DNA of 15,882 nt from Sulfurihydrogenibium sp. (GTDB lineage Bacteria; Aquificota; Aquificia; Aquificales; Hydrogenothermaceae). Shown piece by piece: positions 1 through 7,733 of this stretch (positions are counted from its first letter, which is position 1; every line of letters begins with the position of its first letter). A program made the translations under genes and the position numbers. The stretch is taken from positions 1-15,882 of the forward strand of contig JBBIPN010000028.1 in the NCBI GenBank assembly GCA_037442825.1. The letters are read 5' to 3'. The notes beneath the pieces were generated by a model. It was not told where the DNA came from and ran no database searches. It saw nothing but the letters and a program-made list of their open reading frames with translations.

Positions 1-1818
1 TTTTAGTTTTCCATGGTATATTGGTTTTCTATAAAAATCTGCTAAATTTGCAAAGTGAAAATTAAACTCTAATACGTATTTTAAAGGTTCTTTATATTCT
101 GTTTCTAATCTTATTAAAGATTCTATAGAGTTTTCATTTATTTTATATGTTTTAAGTAATGTTGAATTAAATTTTTTGTTTAAGTAAATTCCACCTTCCC
201 TTTTGAATACTATCTGGTTTTTATAGTTGTAAAGGTCAAAAGGTTGGTTTGTAAAGTCAGATAGTTCTCTAAAGTTGCACCTATAGAAACTCTCTAAATT
301 AAAACTATCATCTGTAATATGGTCTACAAACGAATTTTTATTATACCAATCATAAATCAAAAGATTTTTTATATCTTCGTGAATATTGACATTTGCATTG
401 TGTATTGTTGTTATTCCTTCCTCTTCTATATGATTGTTATCTTTTGGATTTAAAAGTTTACAATGATAACCTTCTTTATGTCTTGTTAGTGTGTTTTGAA
501 AGTTAAATTCTTTATCTTTTATAGAAAGTTCTGTTAATTGTCCAGCTTCTTTGCTATCAAATATGAGTATTAAATTTTTTGTTGATATTTTAACTTCATC
601 AAAACCATCAAAGTTAAAATCTTTAACTTGAATTTTTTCTAGTGATTTATTAAGTTTTTCCAACTCTTTTTCAGTTTTTATAATAAATTTATAAGCGTTA
701 TTTCTAAGATTTGGTAAATAAAGACCACCGAATATACCATGCCATAAAACATCGTTACATTGAGCTTTTAAAAGGTTGTATAAAAATTCTGGAAATTTTT
801 TATACTTTATATTTGATACAGATAAATCTAAAAATCTTTTATGAATTCTATTACTTTCTGGATATTTGATTAAAAAGTTTTGCCATATATTACCTTTAAC
901 ATACTTTTCATAGTACTTAACTAATCCATATTTTTCTAAAAATTCTTTTAATTCTTCGTATTCTACTATATCATCAGAAAATAAACTCCATTCTCCCATT
1001 TCTTGATACGATGTTATTGGTAAGTAAGCAAGTCCTAAAGGTTTATTATTTTTAGCATAAGTTTTATAATGTTCAAAAGATGTATCTTCTTTTGAAGTAA
1101 ATTCATCTAAAAATTTGTATATCCATTTTGATTGGTATACCCATTCATAGGTTTTTGGCCATATGCCAAATTTTTCTCCATCATCAAATATTATACCAGC
1201 TGGATTTTTTCCAAACTTTTTTATACTTTTTAAGTATTCAGATATTTTATCTACAGTTTTAAATGGTATTAAGTATCTTAGATTTTTATCTATCGGAAAA
1301 ATTTTTATTTTATACTTATCAACTTGTGTATTGTAATAACCATACAAATTCTCTTTTTTAAATCCAGTACTTAAAAAATGATAATCATCAACTATAACAT
1401 ACTCTATCCCAAGTTCTACAATATCTGGTACTATGCTACTATCCCATACTCTTTCTGTAAGCCAAAGACCTTTTGGTAGTTGACCAAAGTTTTGCTTTAT
1501 AAAGTTGTTTAGTTTTTCTATCTGATATTTTCTATCGTCGGAAGGTATTGATACTAAAATAGGTTCGTAGTATCCACCTGTAAAAAATTCTATCTGACCG
1601 TTATATGCTAAATCTTGAAGTAATTTAAAAGTTTCTTTACTGTAATTTTTTATATACTCTAAAAGCCAACCTGAATAATGGATAGAAAATTTAAATGTTG
1701 GGTACTGTTTTGCTACAATCAAAAATTGTTTATACGCTTTCTCTATAGCTTCATCTACAACTTCATAAAAATTTTCAACTGGTTGATGACAGTGTATTCC
1801 AAAAAGTATACTAACCAT
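1..1818 (-). CDS. GH57 family 4-alpha-glucanotransferase / alpha-amylase (AmyA-like), 3' end outside the window
   Basis: Not in the ORF track; translated by hand. ATG at 1818-1816, preceded by AGGAG overlapping the TAG stop of the upstream gene; frame reaches position 1 (606 codons) with no stop found in the segments read. Starts MVSILFGIHCHQPVENFYEVVDEA (HxHQP); contains GQIEFFTGGYYEPIL, GLWLTERVWD (nucleophile Glu, 1453-1455), IFDDGEKFGIWP (acid/base Asp region, 1174-1185), AQCNDVLWHGIFGGLYLPNLRNNAY, and DFNFDGFDE ... NFQNTLTRHKEGYH of the C-terminal domain. Confidence 0.92.
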   Translation of the reverse strand, partial: MVSILFGIHCHQPVENFYEVVDEAIEKAYKQFLIVAKQYPTFKFSIHYSGWLLEYIKNYSKETFKLLQDLAYNGQIEFFTGGYYEPILVSIPSDDRKYQIEKLNNFIKQNFGQLPKGLWLTERVWDSSIVPDIVELGIEYVIVDDYHFLSTGFKKENLYGYYNTQVDKYKIKIFPIDKNLRYLIPFKTVDKISEYLKSIKKFGKNPAGIIFDDGEKFGIWPKTYEWVYQSKWIYKFLDEFTSKEDTSFEHYKTYAKNNKPLGLAYLPITSYQEMGEWSLFSDDIVEYEELKEFLEKYGLVKYYEKYVKGNIWQNFLIKYPESNRIHKRFLDLSVSNIKYKKFPEFLYNLLKAQCNDVLWHGIFGGLYLPNLRNNAYKFIIKTEKELEKLNKSLEKIQVKDFNFDGFDEVKISTKNLILIFDSKEAGQLTELSIKDKEFNFQNTLTRHKEGYHCKLLNPKDNNHIEEEGITTIHNANVNIHEDIKNLLIYDWYNKNSFVDHITDDSFNLESFYRCNFRELSDFTNQPFDLYNYKNQIVFKREGGIYLNKKFNSTLLKTYKINENSIESLIRLETEYKEPLKYVLEFNFHFANLADFYRKPIYHGKLK

Positions 1819-1827
1819 AAAAAGCTC

Positions 1828-3888
1828 CTATACTATCCAGTTATAATCAAAGTTTTCTGATAAATCTAAATTAATTAAATCGTAAATTGGTATTCTTTGC
1901 AACATTTCTAAATCTTTGTATACTTCAAAGTGTAAATCAAAACTTTTTGCTTCTATAATAGAAAAAGGTATTTTTATCTCAATAACGTTACCAATTTTGC
2001 CTTCTATTTCATCTTTTTTATGCTCTAAATTTGAGTCAAAATCAAAATCTATAGAAACTTCTTTAGAAGATATAAAAATAGATTTTAATTTTATTTTACT
2101 ACAGTTAGTGCTACATCTAATTAAATCTTTCATACTATCTGACATAAATATCAAAAGGTATAAGTTTTCTTTATCATATCCGTATAAAGCTTTTGTTAAA
2201 AGAGATTTTATATCCATTGAAGAAATATCAAATGTTAAATCTATCTCTCCAGCATTTAACCATTCAAAGTAATTTGATATTTTACCGTCTATTATAGGTT
2301 TTATGTACTGTTTAGGTTTCTTTAAAATAGCTTTTTTATATGTTTTCTTTATTGGTTTAGTTAAATAAGTAGGTATAGTTTTATTGAATGTTTTATATAC
2401 TTCTTGTAAATTTAGTCGAAAGAGTAAATCAAATTTATCTGCAAAATTGCTAAAATGGTCATCTCCATACCACCAAAACCAATCACTACCTTCAGCTATA
2501 AGTAAATGTTCTATAGCTTTATTATATTTATCTGGTTTTTTCTCTTTTTCTAATTCAGCAATATTTTTTGTATAGGATAAATATTCCCAAGCTGTATTTT
2601 TTTCTGGATGTCCTACCCATGTGTTTAGGTTGCCATTAATCCAACTTCCTGGTTTCATACTGTTTATATTTTCAATAATAACATCTCTTTCTAAAACTTC
2701 AGAAAATGTTAAACATTCTATCCATCCTTCTTTTTCAATGGTAGAGTAGAGTAGATTGAAGAAATCTTTTCCATTATTTTTATAAAATTCCCAAGCATTT
2801 TCACCATCTAAGATTACACTGACAACAGGATTAAAATCACAGATATCGTATATATGCTTTAATCTTAAAATAAAATCTTTAACAGAATCTTCTTCTTTTA
2901 GATTTTGATATCTAAATCCTATACTATCACTTAAAAATTTATCTCTAAAAAATATGTATAGACCATGGAAGTTATAGATTTTATATACATCTTTTAAATT
3001 TTTATTGCCAAGAGAATTAAATAATATCTGTTCATCTGTTGCAGTCCATTTTATATTAAAATCTTTAAGAAGATTTAAAACATCGTTACTAACACTTCCT
3101 TCTGATGGCCATATTCCTTTAGGTAATGTTTTGAATGTAGATTTATAAAAATCTATACTCTTTTGAATGTGAATATCTGCATCTTTTCCAAATTTAGTGT
3201 TTATTCTTGGAAGGTTTGTCTGAGGGTTTGCTTCTTTTGCACTCTCAGTATTTAAAAGTAAAGGCATTATTGGATGATAAAATGGAGTTGTAGATATTTC
3301 TATTTTTTCTTCCTTTTGTAATTTTTTATAAAATTGAACTATCTCTTTAAGGAAGTTTATTAGAATGTTTATAAGGTCTAATTTTTCTTCTTGAGTGAAA
3401 TTTTGTTCCTTTTCGATAAGTTTTTTTATAATTTTATTGTTTTCTCTTAAAAAGTTCCCCGTCCATGATAGTAAAAATAAAACTTGTAAATCAAGGAGTT
3501 CTTCATTGTTTAGTTGTTTTTTATGGTGTAAAAGGAAAAGATGATAGTATCTGCTAAAAGGTTTTATCATATTTTCTAAGTTGCTACTAAATAAGATATT
3601 TAAAAGATATTTTTTTTCTTCATCTAAAAGAATGCTTACTTCCTTTTTTAATGTTTTTAAAAGATAACATTTATCTGGACTTTCTATGTAAATTTCTAAC
3701 TGTTTTATCAAAGATGGAACTAAGTTAAATGTGGCTTTTAAGTTATATTTTGATAAAATCCAAGGCATATCATAGTAATCTTTTATACTATGGAGAAAAA
3801 CCCATGGCATTTCAAATAAACCAGACCTTGGATTTATATACCAAGGTTGGTGCATATGCCAAAGAAACAGAAGATAAAGTTTTTTCAT
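1828..3888 (-). CDS. GH57 family glycoside hydrolase, amylopullulanase-like, cytoplasmic
   Basis: 686 aa with all five GH57 conserved regions: LWHMHQP, EISTTPFYHPIMPLL, GIWPSEGSVS, VILDGENAWE, AEGSDWFWW. No signal peptide. ATGA overlap with the upstream gene (3885-3888). Confidence 0.92.
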   Translation of the reverse strand: MKKLYLLFLWHMHQPWYINPRSGLFEMPWVFLHSIKDYYDMPWILSKYNLKATFNLVPSLIKQLEIYIESPDKCYLLKTLKKEVSILLDEEKKYLLNILFSSNLENMIKPFSRYYHLFLLHHKKQLNNEELLDLQVLFLLSWTGNFLRENNKIIKKLIEKEQNFTQEEKLDLINILINFLKEIVQFYKKLQKEEKIEISTTPFYHPIMPLLLNTESAKEANPQTNLPRINTKFGKDADIHIQKSIDFYKSTFKTLPKGIWPSEGSVSNDVLNLLKDFNIKWTATDEQILFNSLGNKNLKDVYKIYNFHGLYIFFRDKFLSDSIGFRYQNLKEEDSVKDFILRLKHIYDICDFNPVVSVILDGENAWEFYKNNGKDFFNLLYSTIEKEGWIECLTFSEVLERDVIIENINSMKPGSWINGNLNTWVGHPEKNTAWEYLSYTKNIAELEKEKKPDKYNKAIEHLLIAEGSDWFWWYGDDHFSNFADKFDLLFRLNLQEVYKTFNKTIPTYLTKPIKKTYKKAILKKPKQYIKPIIDGKISNYFEWLNAGEIDLTFDISSMDIKSLLTKALYGYDKENLYLLIFMSDSMKDLIRCSTNCSKIKLKSIFISSKEVSIDFDFDSNLEHKKDEIEGKIGNVIEIKIPFSIIEAKSFDLHFEVYKDLEMLQRIPIYDLINLDLSENFDYNWIV

Positions 3889-6374
3889 TCTTTAAGCCAT
3901 TTACTTACTTTTTCTGTGTATTCTTTTAAAACTTCCTGTGCTTTTCTTTTACTATCTGAAGTTATATATAGATGTAGTTTATCTGCATACTGATCTGGTA
4001 TCATTAAAATCCATGTTTTTTTATCAATATAAATTTTTACTCCATCTATAAATGATGCTTCTTTTCCTATAGCTTCTTCTGTAAACTTTCTCATCATCTT
4101 ACCTTTAAGGTTAATAGGGCAACCTATTGTTATATGCTCAAAGTAATGGGGAGGTATTAGTTTTTGTATATCAGATACTTTTTTCTTTTGTTTACTTAAC
4201 ATCTCTACAATTTTTATAGAGACATACATACCATCGAAACTAAAAGATACGTCTGTAAAAAGATAATTTCCTTCGAGGTTTCCAAAGAAGTAGTAGTCTT
4301 TTAAGAAACTACTTTTCAATCCTATCGTTTTACCTCTTTCTATCGTTAGGTTTTCAAACATGCTATCCATAACTTCTGGAACATATACTGGAAGATATAC
4401 TCTAATCTGTTTATTTATAGTTTTATCTATTAGGTAAAGTATTGTTAAAATAGCTGTTTCTGGTGATAAAATCTCTCCATTATCAGATATTATAACGATC
4501 TTTTGACCGTTTGGATACATTACAAAACCAATATCTGCTGATAAAACTTTAACCATCTTTGAAATCTCTTCTGCTGATTTTTTATGTAAAACAGAAACTT
4601 GAGATAACTTTTTTTCATCAAAGTATGCATTTAAAATTATATTCTCTATGCTTAGACTGTTTATTAGATCTGGATAGATAACAGATGTTGAACCATTTAG
4701 TAAATCTACAATAATTTTTGATTTACTACTCTGTATTAATTCTTTGTCTATTAATGATAAAAATTTTTCCCTATATGTTTTAAATGAAGGTAAATCATCT
4801 TTTATTTCTCCAATTTCGTTATAGTTTACTCTTCTAAAACTCTCCCTAAAGAATATTCTCTCTATAGATTTTTCTGTATTTGTATCTATTGGAAGTCCAT
4901 CACTATCATAAAATAGTATCTCTGTAATAGCTGGATTCTCTGGTGATTGTCGGAAATGCACTCCAGCTACTGCATCTGTATTTGATAGTAGAAATCTCAT
5001 AACAGGTAATGGCATAAGTTTTAAATCAACAACATTTAAGCCAGTACCAAGCAATCCACCTAAGAAAGAACGTTTTAACATTCTTGAAGCTCTATGGTAG
5101 TCCCTTGACATTAAAATTGTTTTTCCAACGGGTATTATACTTCCAAAACTTGCTGCCAGTTTAGCTACCATCTCATTTGACAGTTCTATATTTGTCCTTC
5201 CAGGTACTTTTCCACCTTCAAATATAGAAGACTTCCATCTATCTCCCCAAATTAAATTGCTACTTATTATTGAACCTTCTTCTATAGTTTTATTAGGCCA
5301 TATTATTACATCTTTCTCAAAGTTAACGTTATCATCTATTTCACAACCTTCAGCGATTATAACACCATGTTCAGCTTTAATATTGTTACTTATATCATTG
5401 TTATTACATATTACAGCGTTTATAAAACCACAAGATTTACCTATATTAACATTCCACCATATAACACTATCTTTTATATAACTGTTTTCTTCAATAAAAG
5501 TATTTTTACCTATAACAACATTTTCAAGTTTTACATTTTTTGATATTTTTACGTTTTCATCAATTACTACTTTTCCTACTATTTCAGCATTTTCAGGTAT
5601 GTCCTTTGTTTTTGTATAAAGAACACCTGAAGGATAAACTATTTTTTCCCCATCTATATCTAACTTAACTTTTCCTTCTAAAATATCTTTGTTTACTTCT
5701 CTATAGCTTTCCGGATTTCCTACATCTCTCCAATAACCTTTTGCATTATAACCGTATAGTGTTATCCCTTCCTTCATAAGTCTTGGAAAAAGGTCTTTAC
5801 TAAAGTCAAATGGTATATTGTCTGGTATATAGTTTAGTATTTCTGGTTCTATTACATAAATACCTGTATTTATAGTGTCGCTAAAGACTTCACCCCATCC
5901 TGGTTTTTCTAAAAATCTTAATATTTTTCCTTCTTTGTCTGTTATTACAACACCAAACTGCAATGGATCTTCTACTGACGTTAATGTTATTGTTAGTTTT
6001 GAACCAACAGCATGATGAAAACCAATAATCTCTTTAAAATCAAAATCAGTAACTAAATCACCACTTACAACAATAAATCTTTCATCTAAATACTTTTGAG
6101 CTTTTTTTACTGCCCCAGCTGTACCATAATCATCGTCAGGTAAAACGTAATTTATTTTTACACCGAAATCTTTCCCATCTTTAAAATAGTTTTGTATAAC
6201 TTCTGGTTTAAAGTAAAGTAATACTATAATCTCTTGAATACCTACAAATTTTAGACGTTTAATTATATGTTCCATCATTGGCTTATTTAGTATAGGAAGC
6301 ATTGGTTTTGGTATGCTATTTGTTAGAGGTTGGATTCTTGTACCAAATCCGCCAGCCATTACTACTGCTTTCAT
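3885..6374 (-). CDS. Sugar-1-phosphate nucleotidyltransferase (usually annotated mannose-1-phosphate guanylyltransferase) with hexapeptide beta-helix and a degenerate C-terminal phosphohexomutase-like domain
   Basis: 829 aa. N-terminal MKAVVMAGGFGTRIQPLTNSIPKPM, FLEKP and YWRDVG motifs; hexapeptide repeats (VVIGKNTFIEENSYIKDSVIW..., VIIAEGCEIDDNV); PGM/PMM-like C-terminal half (SRDYHRASRMLK, FIDGVKIY). RBS-like AGGGGGG at 6385-6379. Confidence 0.88.
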   Translation of the reverse strand: MKAVVMAGGFGTRIQPLTNSIPKPMLPILNKPMMEHIIKRLKFVGIQEIIVLLYFKPEVIQNYFKDGKDFGVKINYVLPDDDYGTAGAVKKAQKYLDERFIVVSGDLVTDFDFKEIIGFHHAVGSKLTITLTSVEDPLQFGVVITDKEGKILRFLEKPGWGEVFSDTINTGIYVIEPEILNYIPDNIPFDFSKDLFPRLMKEGITLYGYNAKGYWRDVGNPESYREVNKDILEGKVKLDIDGEKIVYPSGVLYTKTKDIPENAEIVGKVVIDENVKISKNVKLENVVIGKNTFIEENSYIKDSVIWWNVNIGKSCGFINAVICNNNDISNNIKAEHGVIIAEGCEIDDNVNFEKDVIIWPNKTIEEGSIISSNLIWGDRWKSSIFEGGKVPGRTNIELSNEMVAKLAASFGSIIPVGKTILMSRDYHRASRMLKRSFLGGLLGTGLNVVDLKLMPLPVMRFLLSNTDAVAGVHFRQSPENPAITEILFYDSDGLPIDTNTEKSIERIFFRESFRRVNYNEIGEIKDDLPSFKTYREKFLSLIDKELIQSSKSKIIVDLLNGSTSVIYPDLINSLSIENIILNAYFDEKKLSQVSVLHKKSAEEISKMVKVLSADIGFVMYPNGQKIVIISDNGEILSPETAILTILYLIDKTINKQIRVYLPVYVPEVMDSMFENLTIERGKTIGLKSSFLKDYYFFGNLEGNYLFTDVSFSFDGMYVSIKIVEMLSKQKKKVSDIQKLIPPHYFEHITIGCPINLKGKMMRKFTEEAIGKEASFIDGVKIYIDKKTWILMIPDQYADKLHLYITSDSKRKAQEVLKEYTEKVSKWLKE

Positions 6375-6402
6375 ATTTCCCCCCTAATTTTAGTGTAAAA
6401 TA

Positions 6403-6411
6403 ATTATAACA
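6403..6411 (-). promoter_or_regulatory. Extended -10 sigma70-type promoter for the alpha-glucan operon
   Basis: Reverse complement of ATTATAACA (6403-6411) is TGTTATAAT, a perfect TGnTATAAT, about 30 nt upstream of the ATG at 6374, within a 60 bp divergent intergenic region. Confidence 0.6.
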
Positions 6412-6434
6412 CCATCAATGGGAGGTTTTTGTTT

Positions 6435-7733
6435 ATGTATGATTTAGTAATTAAAAATGCTTGGGTTCTAACTCTGGATGAAAAATTTACAGAATATAAA
6501 AATGGCTTTATAGCTATAAGAGATGGAAAGATTGAAAAAGTTGGTGAAAGTATAGAAAATTTAGAAGCAAAAGAAGTTGTAGATGCAAATGGAAATATTG
6601 TATTGCCTGGATTTATAAATACACATACACATGCTGCTATGACATTACTTAGAGGTTATGGTAGTGATAATCCATTAAAAGTTTGGTTAGAGCAGTATAT
6701 ATGGCCTGTGGAAGGTAAGTTTGTAAGTTATGAATTTGTTAAAGATGGAACAGATATTGCTTGTTACGAGATGTTAAGAAATGGAATTACATGTTTTGTA
6801 GATATGTATTTTTATGAAAATGCTGTAGCAGATGCTATTAAAGAAGCTGGTATGAGAGGCGTGTTAACAACAGGTATCCTTGATTTTCCTACACCTGGAG
6901 CAAAAACACCAGAAGAAGGTATCCAAAAAACAGTAGATTTTATAAATCAGCATAAAAATGATAACTTTATATATCCGGCAATAGGACCACATGCACCCTA
7001 TACATGTAATCCAAAAACATTAGAAAAAGCTATGGAAGTAGCTACAAACTACAATGTCTTATACCATATACACGTATCAGAAACGTTGCATGAAGTAGAA
7101 GATATAAAAAATAGGTATGGAAACACTCCCGTTAAACATTTAGACAATATAGGTGTTTTAAACGAAAGAGTTTTAGCTGCACATATGGTTCATCCAACAG
7201 AAGAAGAGATCGAAATTTTAGCAGAAAAAAAAGTAAAAATAGCTCACTGTCCAGAAAGTAATTTAAAATTAGCTTCTGGTGTTGCACCAGTACCAAAGAT
7301 GTTAGAAAATAGTATTACAGTCTCGTTTGGTACAGATGGTACAGCTTCAAATGATGATTTAGATATCATAGGTGAACTTTCAACAGCTGCAAAACTCCAT
7401 AAAGGTGTAAACTACGATCCTACAGTTTTAAATGCAAAACAAGTAATTGCTATGGCTACAAGAGATGCAGCAAAATCTATTTTACTTGATGACAAAATAG
7501 GAACTATAGAAACTGGAAAACTTGCAGATTTGGTTATTATTGATATAAACCAGCCACATCTTCAACCACTTTTTGACCCATACATTCAGATAGTTTACTC
7601 TGGAAAAGGTTCAGATGTAGATACTGTAATAATAAACGGAAGGGTTGTAGTTAAAAATAAGATAGTTCAAACAGTAGAAAAGGATAAAGTATTATATATA
7701 GCTAAAAAGTGGAGAGAAAGGATAATATCATAA
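6435..7733 (+). CDS. mtaD: 5-methylthioadenosine/S-adenosylhomocysteine deaminase (amidohydrolase family)
   Basis: LPGFINTHTHAAMTLLRG (HxH metal motif), GPHAPYT, HIHVSET, HCPESNLKLASG, GTDGTASNDDLD. Start moved from TTG 6429 to ATG 6435 because GGAGG (6421-6425) lies 9 nt upstream of it. Confidence 0.88.
   Translation: MYDLVIKNAWVLTLDEKFTEYKNGFIAIRDGKIEKVGESIENLEAKEVVDANGNIVLPGFINTHTHAAMTLLRGYGSDNPLKVWLEQYIWPVEGKFVSYEFVKDGTDIACYEMLRNGITCFVDMYFYENAVADAIKEAGMRGVLTTGILDFPTPGAKTPEEGIQKTVDFINQHKNDNFIYPAIGPHAPYTCNPKTLEKAMEVATNYNVLYHIHVSETLHEVEDIKNRYGNTPVKHLDNIGVLNERVLAAHMVHPTEEEIEILAEKKVKIAHCPESNLKLASGVAPVPKMLENSITVSFGTDGTASNDDLDIIGELSTAAKLHKGVNYDPTVLNAKQVIAMATRDAAKSILLDDKIGTIETGKLADLVIIDINQPHLQPLFDPYIQIVYSGKGSDVDTVIINGRVVVKNKIVQTVEKDKVLYIAKKWRERIIS

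Noticed and set aside
1678..1860. 60 aa plus-strand ORF
   Set aside because: Antisense to two well-supported GH57 genes; no recognisable motif.
1916..2575. Plus-strand ORFs 1916-2272 and 2384-2575
   Set aside because: Antisense shadows of the GH57 gene, with the Ser/Phe/Ile-rich composition typical of reverse-frame reads.
3729..3929. 66 aa plus-strand ORF
   Set aside because: Antisense across the junction of two real genes; no motif.
5257..5481. 74 aa hydrophobic plus-strand ORF
   Set aside because: Antisense shadow of the hexapeptide-repeat region; its hydrophobicity follows from the complementary codons.
6379..6425. C6 tract pairing with the mtaD GGGAGG RBS as a riboswitch-like switch
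   Set aside because: The C tract is simply the opposite gene's RBS, the likely mtaD transcription start is downstream of it, and no SAM/SAH riboswitch fold is apparent.
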